Shown here: piece after piece, positions 12,138 through 25,200 of the stretch | Layout of the letters: every line of letters begins with the position of its first letter | How positions within the stretch are numbered: position 1 is the first letter of the stretch | Assembly (NCBI RefSeq): GCF_006345805.1 | Contig: NC_043014.1 | Span: forward strand, 53,320,001-53,384,000 | Origin: Octopus sinensis | Taxonomy: Eukaryota | Reading direction: 5' to 3' | DNA: 64,000 nt | Position numbers and translations under genes: made by a program | Notes under the pieces: model-generated | What the model saw: only the letters and a program-made list of their open reading frames with translations | The model's database searches: none | Told to the model about the DNA's origin: nothing

Positions 12138-14683
12138 TCGCCCTTTTCCTTTCCAATTTTGCTCTGATTGAAAGTTCCTACCATGAAAGGCAATCCAATC
12201 TTGACCATCCCATCTTTTCTCTTTCCAGGCATTGTCTACACCAGACTACATTAATCAAGAGGAGGGTTTCCTTGAACGAATTCCTTAAGTTCAATTCCTG
12301 TCAAGAGTGAAGAATCTAACATTTCGGGCTCTTCGCCTTCATCTGAGAGTGAGCAGGTGAGAAAGGACGACCGGTGCTGTCACTTGGAGGCAAGTAAATA
12401 GGGGGGAGAGGGCACGTTTTTATTGTCTTTTATTTTTGACTTGATTCAATCATTAGATTACAGCCTCATGCTGGGGCACCATCTTGAGGAGTTTAGTAAA
12501 ACAAATTAAAACAAATTAACCCCAGGACCCAAGTACTTCTTAAATTTAGTATTCGTCCCTTTTCGTCATACTGTTAAGTTATAGGGATGTAAACACACCA
12601 ACACCGGTTGGCAAGTGGCAGGGGGAACAAATACAACACACACATAGATACATACGTATGTATGTATACATGATGGGCTTCTTTCAGTTTCCATCTACCA
12701 AGTCCACTCACACGACTTTGGTTGACCCTGGGCTATAGTAGAAGACATCTACCCAAGGTACCATGCAGTGGGACTGAACCCAAGACCACATGCTTGGGAA
12801 GCTAGCCTCTCAACCACACGGCCAAGCTTCATTATTTGTATTGCGTGATTTAGTGATTTGAGATTTGGCTGCAAGTTTTAGCAGGTCGATCAGTCACGTA
12901 GGGATAACGTCTTGACTGATTCTCCTGACAATTCTGCTCAGTCAAGTCCACACAACTGACTCCTCTTTCTCAGCTGAAGGTCATTTCAACCTTTTGTTTT
13001 TCTCCTGGGCCACCAAGGCCTTTGGGAAAGGCATCACTGCCACAAATTCTTATTTCTCCATCATCTAAAGATATCAGACTTTCATGAACTCTACAACTGT
13101 AAGAAGCAAAAGGGTTCAGAAATTGGAATAAGTTAAGGGGAAGAGGAGGATGTGGAGTGTAACATTTCGAGATAGGGTACCCTTTTGACAGACAAGTTGA
13201 AGGGTCCTACCCGAAACCTTTTAGCCTCCTTCACTCCCCCTCCTTCTCGTCCTCCTCCTCCTCGTATAAGAACTTCTACTTGAAGTAGTTTCAATACTTA
13301 GCTTTTTTCCAATGGTGACCATCCCTTGTTACCTCTGCTTCTGTCTCCTTTAAACCGTAACAAATCTTGCTTTCTCCTGCCAAACGATAATTCCTGCAGT
13401 TTATGTTTTCACTGAATGCAAAGAGCATTTATTGACTGATTCAAGTCAGATTAGTTTTCTAATTAACGAGAGCAAACCTACTCAGTGTGGAGTAATTAGT
13501 GACACAATCACATCAGGCAATTTAATGAGTCACATCAGGCAATTTAATGAGTCACATTGGGGAGTTTATTCCCCTTCTCCAGCTTCAACTGCACCTTTCA
13601 CCTTTCTTGGGTCGATAGAAACAAATACCTGTCTACAACACAATCAATGGTGGGATTAAAGAAAACCCTACAAGGAACTCTGTGCCCCAGTATGGCCACA
13701 GTACAATTCTTGAAAGTAATGATTAAGAAAAAGCAAACTAATTGAATCAGTGAAGTGAAGCCAAGATATGCCAGGAGCAAATGTTACGTCAGTTCCTAAG
13801 CCTCAGGCGGCTTATGTGTGTGCGTGCGTGCGTGTGTGTTTCCTGGTTATGACTTTAGACTGCATCTAATGGTGGAGTCCTGGTTCAAGAGTTCCAAGGT
13901 TTCATTGGGTGTGCAACCCCACCCATCCCTATGTCCCCAGGCCTTCTCTGACCTGGCAGAGTTAATCAGCACGTGATGGAATTGGTTCTAGAAGATGTGA
14001 CCATTCATAGCCACCCCAACAGACCCAGGATAGAAGGGAGCCCTTCAGCTCTTTAGTTGCTCATCTAAGGAAAGGTAACCCCATACATTTCCTGCAGCTT
14101 GATAATGACTGGGCCCGTAACACGTTGCACCAGACCAAAACAAATTGGAAGGACAGGAGAAAGGGACTGGCCCTGCACAAACCATGCAAACCACTATAAA
14201 AGCATTCGTCATGCAGGTTGTCCAGCAATCCAAGACACCAATTCCAAGTTTAGTAAGGATAAGGACAGAGGTGGTCAGCTCTGACCCTGCACGCAGGTGA
14301 GCAAAGGATTCTGGTCAAGCAACAGTGTTTTACTGAACCTTCATTCATCGAAGCACCAACACAGTCCATAAAATGTATGTGTCTATCTACATATGTGTAT
14401 GTGTGTGTGTGCGTGTGTATATATATAGTGAGAGACAGAGGTCGTCTGCGAATCCAGAGACCTTTAGGGTCAAGGGACATAACTCTTGATAAAGCCCTTG
14501 TTCAGTTTGGTTCATCTTGTTTCACAAGACTCGTTAACCGAATGTGGTTTTCGCCTCCAATAACATCTGCCAGTTCTGACTAGCTTGCAGTGTTACATAA
14601 TCGTGCCTGTTATCTAATCCAATTTAATATTCAGTGTGAAACTGATTGGTAAGACCAGCAACAATGAATATATAGTGCTGTAC

Positions 14684-14739
<56 letters not shown>

Positions 14740-14742
<3 letters not shown>

Positions 14743-15652
14743 GCAAACGCACCAGTGCTTTGGACGGTTTAAGTTGCTTTGGTTGTATTGTTTTCATTTT
14801 GTTCCAGGTGCCACCTGAGCTTGGCGAGCCGTTTGCTCAGTGGTATCTCCCATAAAGTAAATTTGAAGGAATCTGTGTTCAGTGTTGTTGTCAGGAATAA
14901 TAGAGCCTATCCGATGATAGGTTTGGCCCTGAATTTTGAACGTTGGCATATAGGAGTCTTCATGAATGGGTTTGTGACCGAACCTTGTCATCTGGAAGGC
15001 AGGGTTATAAGCGTGAATTTTCTGTATAAACTGCGGCAAATCAGGGTGTTGACGAAGGAGTAAAGAGAGGAAAGGCTGAGGAGTGTTTTGCAGGTCAGGC
15101 AAACAAACCTTTCTGTTTGAGATGCATAGGCCACTGGGTTCTCCAGCCCACTTGAGGGCCTTGCAAAATGGACATATTACAGACATATCCCCTGTCTCTC
15201 AATGAGTAGTATAATCCTCAGCAAGATCACAGTTGAGCACCTTTGATGCCCATCGGCTACTTGATGGCTTCCAATAGCCATGGGCAAGAGCCTTCCGGTG
15301 AACATTAATCTCAAGTCTCATCATCCGATGGTTATCGTCATCTGCCAACCTCACAGCAGAAGTGGATGCAGAGTTGCATGCCCGACGGATAGCACTCTCT
15401 TCTGGAGCTTCTTCATCCCTTATGGCAGAAGTAGATGCAGCGTTGCATGCCTGATGTATAGCACTCCTTTATGGGGTTTCTGCGGTCCTTGCGTCAGCAG
15501 CATTTCACGCTGCTCTGTCGTAGTTGCAGCTCCAGCAGTGGCAGGTCTTTTCCCAACAGTCTATAGGACCCTTGGTCCTCAGTTTCCTTGGCCTTGCCAG
15601 CACTGCTGCTTTGTCGCTACAGAAGAATTTCTGCTCTCTTTTTAGGTGGCAT
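14740..15652 (-). mobile_element. Decayed Helitron with RepHel N-terminal pseudogene and 3' CTAG end
   Basis: ATG at 15652 (MPPKKRA...), then AETP/EEAPEE-type repeats. These continue in frame through stops into MSVICPFCKALKW.GE..GLC...KV.LP...YN.AFQMT.FG...PTFKIQGQTYHRIGS...FLQIYF, a typical RepHel region. The ORF is truncated near 14794. The element ends ...gcgtttgCTAG|t at 14740-14743. Confidence 0.88.
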
Positions 15653-16619
15653 GTTTGTATTTTCTGGAAAAGGAAAATGGGTTTTAGTCTACCAAGTGAT
15701 TATCGATTCTGTTATAAGCTAACAAAAGCCCCTTTATTCTGTCTTCGCACATTGCCTGCATATAAAGTAACAGTGAATGCCACATAAAGTGAAATTGGTA
15801 TGGAGCTTTCTGAAAGATACGTAGAGTTTTCCCTTGTGGTAGCAAAACTCTTATTTAACGGTTGATTCTTTGAGACGAATCATATGTGACTGTTTAAAAA
15901 AGGCTGGAACCTCAAATGCTAAAACATTGGACAGCAGTTGAAATATCATAGTGGATGGGTAAATAAGCATCCTTAAAGTGAAACAACACATTGGTAGGTA
16001 AATAAAGGTATCAACAAACAGAGGAGAGGGAAGGGAAGATCACCTTTCGAGTAACTTAGAATAGGTAAAGGTAAGCTTGCCAAAGTTTAATGCAACTTAA
16101 ATATGGAGATTAAGAAAATTTGGTGTTGGATATTCATCATGTACGGTGTTCCTGGTCAATTTAATCACAGTAAAAAATATTCTTTAATGCCAATATACAA
16201 TGATATAAATTTAAAAAGTATGGAAGACCCTACATACAAAAATATTATGTACATAGAACGAAAATCTTTTAAATTAACATAAACATAGAATAAGTACTAG
16301 GCTTGCAAAGAATAAGTCCCGGGGTCGATTTGCTCGACTAAAGGCAGTGCTCCAGCATGGCCACAGTCAAATGACTGAAACAAATAATAGAAAGAGATAG
16401 ATTTATTAACATGAAAGGAAATTACCAGAGACACGTGTTGTTCTAAAAATAACAGCTAAATATGATTTTTTGGATGAATCTCTTAAATTAACATAAGCAT
16501 TTATTTACATGAAAACAAAATGACAGCTTCCAAATCCTGTTTCCTGACTGGGTCACTGCACAGGTGGACAGTTGAAGTAAATAAATAGATAAAATCCTTT
16601 CAGTTTTATGAAAAGATTT

Positions 16620-16814
16620 AAAAAGTATGAAAGACCCTACATATAAAAGGCTATGTCCATTTACGTGGGAGTTCTGGCCAAAATGTTATAGTGCATGACC
16701 ATCCTCGGGACATAACTAATGTGTGTGTAAAGTTTGGAGAGAGTCGGTTGAGAATTGTGGAAATGTATGCGTTAGTCATTATACACACACATACTGTAAT
16801 TTATACATACTAGA
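16620..16814 (-). mobile_element. Helitron-type 5' terminal segment, possibly the 5' end of the 14740 element
   Basis: Minus strand begins TCTAGTATGTATAAATT..GTGTGT...AACCGA..TCCAAACTTTACACAC, resembling the 5' ends at 41893 and 51655 in architecture. Confidence 0.45.
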
Positions 16815-17311
16815 AGTGTGTGTGTGTTTACATATGTATATATCATCATCATCATCATCGTTTAACGTCCGTTTTCTGCGCTAGCATGGGTTGGACGGTT
16901 CGATCGGGGATCTGGGAAGCCAGGGCCTGCACCAGGCTCCAGTCTGATCTGGCAGAGTTTCTACAGCTGGATGCCCTTCCTAACGCCAACCACATATATG
17001 TATATATGCTTATATGCTTATAGCTAGATAGACAGACAGATAGATGCGGCCAATCTATGGGGTTACCATGAGTTTCATGTCCATAAAGTGGTCAGCTTTA
17101 CAGCATTTCTTCAGACCTTAGGCCTGTGGCCTCTCTAGAAAATGGAGGAGAAAAAGACTTCATTACTGCCAACAGCAAGGGATTGTTTCCCCTCGATTGC
17201 TATTAATTGACCATGTTGGCATGGGGATCCCAGGATGCCAGCAGGGATCTCCTGAAGTGCATGCAGGGTTTGTATGTATGTATGTGTATATATATATGTG
17301 TGTGTGTGTAC

Positions 17312-17361
<50 letters not shown>

Positions 17362-19422
17362 ATATATTGACCCAAAGCCAACACTCATGAGTATATACCA
17401 TACTTTCACCAATTGTTTTGAGAGCCTGTTGATATTGCAGTGAAAAGCTCCAGACACCCTTTTGACCTTATGACTTCTTGAGCCAGTAGAGCATCAAGGG
17501 TGTGGCTCCCAAAGGAAGGGAGAACTCTGTCAGTCAGTACTCAGCTGAGTAGACTGGAGCAGTGGGGAATGAAGCACCTTGCTCAAAGACACATTGTGCC
17601 ACCAGTAATTGACCCACAATCTTATGATTGTGATTCCAACACTCAAACCCCTTGACCACTAACCTTCACATTTATTCATAGATAATACAAGAAAGTTAAT
17701 CATCATTTAATGTCCACTTTTCTGTTTGCATGGGTCAAATGAAGTTTGTTCAGGCAGATGTTCTATGGCCAAATGCCCTTCCTGTCACCACTCTTCACCT
17801 GTTTCCAAGTAAAGTTATATTTCCCCAAGGCCAGACATGTTTTCATGGAAAATTGGAAATGGACAACATCTTGTATGATGATGATGCTCATTTACAACCA
17901 TCACATGATGCCAAGACAAGGACACACAGACACACAAATATACATGACTGGCTTCTTTCAGTATCCGTTTTACAAAGCTTTGGTCATCCTAGGCCTATAG
18001 CAGAAGAAACTTGCCCAAAGTGTTGTGTAGTAGGACTGAACCTGAGACCACATCACTGAAGCAGAAGCTTCTTAACCTCACAGCCACTCTGTGTTAAAAA
18101 AGAAAACAAACTCAGTCTCCAGATTAGATGTCAGCCATTAGAGCCAGGTGTTAAAATGAGGGAAAATAAGTGCAAAAGATAACACGTAGAAATGAAGTTG
18201 CCAAAGGTGGCAGTCCCTCAGGACATTTAACAATTAATGTCTACACTTCATTCCCTGTGGCATAAAACATTGAATCCGTATCAAATACTCTCCACAGCAG
18301 TTGTTCATTCTGTTAACTCTTGGCTGGTTGGTGCTTAGAGATTGTTTAAAACTACTGATTCAATTTACTGCTAAATTATTTAAATTACACACAAAAGCAG
18401 CAGCAACAACCATTTTAAGGTTGAAAGGTTTTATTGGTGTTTATTTTTAAAATTTTATGTTTATTTTTTAAAATTTGCAGTGATTTTACATGGTTTTGTT
18501 TTTTGTTTTGTTTTTTGTTGTTGTTTTTTTAGATTATATAAAAATAATTATGGCTGTTCTCGGGGGTTGCATTATATAAGAGGATAAAATATTTTATTGA
18601 TTTTTAGCTACAAAAATAGGGTTACATTATAATTGAGATGGTGTTTTACTCGAGTCAACACAACACATGCACACACACACGCACACACACACACACATCC
18701 TTATCATCATCATCATCATCATCACAATCATCACCATAATTATTATGATCCTCTTCATTTTAGCATTTTCTTTTCCTTGTTTTATGGCTGGATGCCCTTC
18801 CTGACACCAACCCTTTTAATCGTTTCCTTCAACACACAGATGCACAAATGGATGCAAGACATGCACATGCACACACACACACACACACACATGTACATGT
18901 ATAGACATGCCTGCATACACACACACACACACACACACATCATGATGGAAGAGAGAGACAGAGAGAAGGATGGTTAAGTGTTGACAGAATATGGACAACT
19001 CCATCCAACAGCATCCCTTGTTGTAGAGGAAGCAAGGTACAGTGGATTGGCGAGAGGAAGGTGGAGGGCAGCTGAAGGTTTGCCAGGTGAGAAAGCTTTG
19101 GAGAGACAGAGCAAAAGCAGGAACCTAATGGAGTCGAACACCTGGATGCAAATAGATTCAAAATGCCCACTTTTGTTACAGCTACCATTTTAAAATGTTT
19201 TTGTTTACATACATACAGACAGACAGACAGACAGACATCTATGCAGACATACATATATATGTACATGCATACATACACAAACACATTCACATACACACAG
19301 ACATATGTTCACTCTATTCTATATATTGAGTATTTTACCTGAAAAACTGAGTTCTTCCACTTTTGTACACTGACTTATAAAACAATGATCTCTGTGTGTG
19401 AGTGTGTGAGTGTGTGTGTGAA

Positions 19423-19455
<33 letters not shown>

Positions 19456-20394
19456 TGAGAGAAGAAGAGGAAAAAGATATTTTGTAACTCCTGGCATTCA
19501 AATCCTAGTGAGTTTTTAATCTTATTCAGACCTCATCAGTAAAGCTTAGCTTTCACTTTACTCAGTGAAATAAGGATGAACCAATCACTTGGGAGATGTA
19601 GAAGGTTGTAGATTTATAATATAGGTAGAATTCTCATGAATGTCTATTGTTCAGAGATTAGAATAATACTCAGGGGTATCGTAAAGCCTGCCCAGATCTG
19701 CTTCCCATGTTGCCGGAAACATGAAAAAAGTCTTTTATTTTCATTGTTGCTCATTGCATAATTATTTGTGGTTAAGAGTTTCAAAGCTGCAGCCATTCAA
19801 TATGTTAAACCAAATCATCCATTTCCAGCATGTCTGGAACCCATGTGGCCTTGCTGTGAAATTAATTGACAGACAGCTTGACTATAAATATATATATGTG
19901 TGTGTGTGCGTATACACACATACATACAGGTACATATACATACATACATATGCAAACATACATACATATATATACATACATACACACATACATACAGGTG
20001 TGTGTGTGCGTGCATGTGTGTGTGTTTCATATATTTTTATATACGCCATCAGTAACAGAGAAATATGAGCTTAACTTTGATAAACAAAAAACGGAAGGAA
20101 TTCTTCATGGCTTCTTGCTAATTGTATTTATTTTGATCAACCATTTCGACTGGAATCGCAACGAGTTCCCCAAATTATAATTATTTACTCAAAAACATTG
20201 GTTAAATTTAATAATTCTCTGTTTCTTTTGATATTTTATTCAAAACCATTGATTACACACACACATACACACACATATATAGACTTCGGCGTAGACATGG
20301 CTGCATGCTTAAAAAGTTTGCTTCATACTCATGTGGTTATGGGTTCAATCCCACAGCATGGCAGCTTCAGCAAGTTTCTCTCACTATATACATA

Positions 20395-20467
<73 letters not shown>

Positions 20468-21469
20468 CATCATTATATATATATCATCATCATCATCATC
20501 ATCATCGTTAACGTCCATTTTCCATGCTGACATGGGTTGGACAGTTTGACTGGGGTCTGGGAAGCCAGGAGGCTGTACAAGGCTCCAGTCTGATCTGGCA
20601 GTGTTTCTACAGCTGGATGCCCTTCCTAACACCAACCACTCCTAGGGTGTAGTGGGTGCTTTTTACGTGCCACTGGCACAGGGGCCAGAAGAGGCTGGCA
20701 ACAACCACGATCGCTTGATGCTTTTCGTGTGCCACCAGCACGGAAGCCAGCCAAGGTGGTGCTGACATCAGCCATATGTGCCACCAGCATAGGAATCACA
20801 GCTACAATTTCCATTTGATTTTGATGTACTTGACTCAATAAGTCTCCTCAAGCTTGGCGTGTCACCCTACAATCCAAGGTACCTTTGAGTGGGTTGATTA
20901 TGCGACACTGGTGTGGCTCACAGCTGTGAACTCACTTTCCTTGCCAGGTCTTCTCAGTCACAGCATATCTCCAGAGGTCTGTCTTTTGTCATTGCCTCTG
21001 TGAGGCCCAACGTTGGAAGATCATGCTTCACCACCAATATTTTAACTTCCATTTTTCCATGTTTGCATGGATCAGATGGAATTTGTTGAGGCAAATTTTC
21101 CTCCAGCTTGATACTCTTCCTGTTGCCAACTGACACTTGTTTCCAAATAAGGTATTGTTTCCTAATGGTCAAACATATTTTTCACAAGATTTGAGACAGG
21201 CAATATTACTTGTATGACAGTGACACTTGCTTACAATGTATCTAATTTGATTTTATTCTTTGTTAAATATCATTATTGGTTTTGTACCCAGTAAAATCTC
21301 ATTGATCACCCAGTTAAATGAAATTTTTGTTTGCTGGGGATTTTTCTAATCTATAATCTCTAGTTGGATATATAATTTATATTGTCTCTTTGTTTTTCAG
21401 CTAGTGAGATGAAGGCACCACTTGGAAAAGTTTGATACATTTTGGCTGTTGAACTGATTAGAACCAGGC

Positions 21470-22261
21470 ATGCAAAATTCACTTGTTGCTTCAAGGCGGG
21501 CTTCTCTCGAGCTATCTCTTTCAGGGCCATCCAGCTCTACATCAAGCTATCTGAAAAGTTATCGCCCTGATTCTGGATATTTAAAATACCATGGCTATTC
21601 CTGCAGTCCTGCTTCAACCATCGACAGACTTTACTCACGTCGGCTCCCTGATGGACCGGGTCCACTCGACAGAAAAGGCAAACTCTTATCGGACTTACGC
21701 ACCAACCGTTCACGTTACAGTGAAAATGTCAGTTTGCCTTCGTACACAAAAACTCAAAAACCAACAGAATATACTCACACACCTCTCAGTAGCTCTAAGT
21801 ATTCTACATCAAACTATTCGTCCCCTTTATCTAGGAGTTATAAGAGCTCCCCTAGCAGTTTATATAGTGGTAGCACTTTACGTAGCGCAAGAGCCTCAAG
21901 CGTTGTCGATTTGCCAAGCACACAAAGTCGGTACTCGGACTTTCGTTCTTCAGATGCCTATAGTTCTTCCCGCCTAAGAGCTGCCAGCCAATCACGCACT
22001 GTAAACCCAGAGTCACATAATCAAACAGGTTCAAGGAGCCGGGCACCCAGTGTGGATGTTGCCATGGAACGAGTCTCCAACAAATCAACAAAGAACGATC
22101 CTACTTCAACATTGGAAAACTACAATAGCAGCAGCTTAAACACATTGGGTTGGAGAGCCAAGGTGTACAGTGACCGATACAGTCCTGTGGAGCCGCTCTC
22201 GGACCAGACGAATCACATCAACAACACAGGCAATCACATCAGCGCTACAGCCAGAAGACCG
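21470..22261 (+). CDS. USP2: USP coding exon 1: Ser/Tyr/Arg-rich N-terminal region (264 codons)
   Basis: Acceptor tgtttttcag ends at 21400, followed by a 69-nt UTR portion and ATG at 21470. The frame is open to CCG|gtgagt at 22261/22262 (phase 0). The ORF-track extension beyond this is (GGT)n intron. Confidence 0.85.
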
Positions 22262-25200
22262 GTGAGTAACCGATACATTGTTACGTTGTTGTTGTTGTTG
22301 TGGTGGTGGTGGTGGTGGTGGTGGGGTGGTGGTGGTGGTGGTGGGTGGTGGTGGTGGTGGTGGTGGGGTGGTTCTGCCTCTTTGCTTTTTAAAGATTAAT
22401 TCAGGTGGGAGAAAGAGTAATGCCCATGACCCTTTTCAAAGCTTCAGTGACTTATGGGAGAAAGTTATTCACTGTCCAGGGGTCAGCACTGAATGCTGGC
22501 AATAGACTCAACTCCACGAATGACCTCCAAAGGTCAGATGATGGTCTTAAAGTGGGGGACTGATTGAAGAATGTTGTAGGGGGATAAAACATCTTTTTTT
22601 TTTAATTTTGAAGCATTTAAAGTTCAGTTGTATTGGTTTTCTGTTGTCTGAGAACTTGAAAAAGGGCCGAACATTCTTTATACCAACCCACCTGAAACCA
22701 CCCCTGGTTGTATGATACATGCTTTCTGTTTTAAAGTGATCGTAATTAAAACTTTTCATCAAAACTTCATGGTAATTTATGCTAATTTATGTTCCAAACA
22801 CCAGCTTTATAATAAATTAACAAATTCATAATAAATTTTTTATTGTTTTCAAAATCAATTGAAACAAAGACATTGTATTCAGCAAAAATTTGGTAAGAAA
22901 AGAGTTTGAGCTCAGAACTACAAAGCAACTAAAATGAAAACCTTTTCTAACAAAACATATTCTAGTGTTCCTACCCCGTGCAGTAGTAATCTGAATGTAC
23001 CTCACCATGGTACCTATTTATAGTTGAGGGGGTTGAGTTAGAGGAAACTAAATATCATTGCAGTGCCAGTAGCAGTGTGTGAACCCTTGATTCTACCATC
23101 CACAGTATGACATCTTATCAACATTGCCAGCACAGTTGTTGCGTTTCAATATTTCTGAAATGAGTTATCAGTCATTTGTTGCGTAATTTTACTTGACTGA
23201 TTCCAAATAAACTCATGTGGATAATACCACAGCTTGTCTGATGGGATTCCCTTAGTTATACACCATTAAAGATCTGTCATTCCTATACATATGCAAACTT
23301 AGAATTCCATGAGACATACCAGAAAATTGTTTTAATTCTTTCACATTTTATGCTTTGTGGAACTCAGTTGTGCCTCTAAGGTTTCTGTGTTCTAATTTGA
23401 AAGAGGGAACGAGTAGCGTAGGAGTCCTCTTTATTATCATATTCTACCTGGGTGTCACTAAGATACCCTACACATGCTGAAGTAGATTTAAACTGATTAC
23501 CCCGCCTCCACCCAAAACTTCCAGTTTGGGAAATCAATATTTTCGGGTTTACACACATGCAAGAAATCAATAAGCCCTTTATATTTGATTCTTTATTGTT
23601 GTTGTTTTCATTCCTCAGTTGAGAGAATATTCATTTCACAAAAACTGACAAAGTTGGAAACATTGTCAATCAGAAGAATAGAATAACAAGTTATATTTTC
23701 AAATACAAAATCGATCTTTCATGTCTTCTAATTTGTATCAGTCATCATCATCATCATCATCATCTTTCAATATCTGTATTCCATGCTGGCATGGGTTGTA
23801 CAGTCTGACAATATGTGACATGGCAGAGGACAGGGCTGTGTTCCAAAGTCTTCTTTGGCATTATTTTGGCCATCAATATTCAAAAATATTTTTTATAGAA
23901 ATTGTCACATTGTCTTCAGTTAAACTCTTCCATTGATCATTAAGATCCTTTCATCTGTTGCTTTCTCGCATAATGGACAGGAAATGAACAACTGGTAGGA
24001 TGCTAGACATAGGAGCTATGCCTAAATTATGAGCTGTCTCTCTCTAGTTTAGCGATGGAAAGGAAACCTCTTTATTATTTGAACACAAAAATTCCATTTG
24101 CAGTTTCAAATGATCACTGATTTCATTATTCAAAGGTCAATTAATTAATTAAATGTTTTGTTACCTTTCCAGCAAGGTAAACATCATCAATGTTTCAGTG
24201 TCTTGGATCAATTTCGGGTGGTTTAATGTTCTTTGCTAATTCATCTTTAAAAAAAAGAATCAAGAGATATTTTTATATTTTAATGATGTCAGTCAATGGC
24301 AAACGATGAAAGTTGAAATGCTCAGATTAGAATTTGACATTCATTAAATTTACTTTCTGTAAAACTGAAGGAAAGCATTATGTATTTTGTTCTATGGTTG
24401 TTGTTTTTTTTATGTCATCAATTCTGGTTCTATCAACTTTGTCACCTTGTGAAACAAACAAACAACACATCAAGTTCTTCTCATGTCACTACAATAACTA
24501 TTTATTATAACTATAACTATAGATACACAGTTTTATATATGTGTGTGTGTGCATATATATGTGTCTGTATTTATATATATTTATATATATTTATATTACA
24601 GTATAGCTATATATATATACATCACTACAATAACCATTTATCAGCAAAACCCCTTTGTCTAAAGTTAGACATTTTAGAGGGCAAGTTGTCACAATCATTT
24701 TCCCCAATAAATGTCAGGTCCCATTGACTGTTGCTACTACAGGAAAAGAAAGATGTGAAATCTCTAACTATATGACCACCACAAAGAGTGAAAGAATGTT
24801 GGCCACGTCCCATAATAAAAACAGATGCATCATATTTCAAGGATTTCTGGAACTCACTTTTGAGCATCCATTATAGTAGAATAATTATCACTTGAAAATC
24901 TTACAATATTTTCTAAAATGAATCTTTCTTTCTTGCAACCTCGATTTGACAGCCTTGTGAAGCGGCCCTAGAGCCGTTCCATTTCCAACAACATCTAACA
25001 GTGGATCCATGTCATTCTTGCAAATACTGCCAAAATTCAGCTCAGTGAAAAATATCTGTTCTTTCCTCAATTACGATAGAAAATGTTTGTGCTGTGCATC
25101 TGTTACCATTCTTTTTCCATGCAAAACTAATTCCATTTAGAATGTTTCCATTGAAAAGTTTGGTTCTTTCCATTGATAATTTTTGGCATTAACTTTACCG

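Noticed and set aside
15280-15645. 121-aa Cys-rich plus-strand ORF
   Set aside because: Antisense shadow of the Helitron RepHel N-terminal repeats.
22262-22399. C-terminal extension of the 309-aa ORF (LLLLWWWW...GGGG)
   Set aside because: Read-through past the consensus donor CCG|gtgagt into (GTT)/(GGT)n intron sequence.
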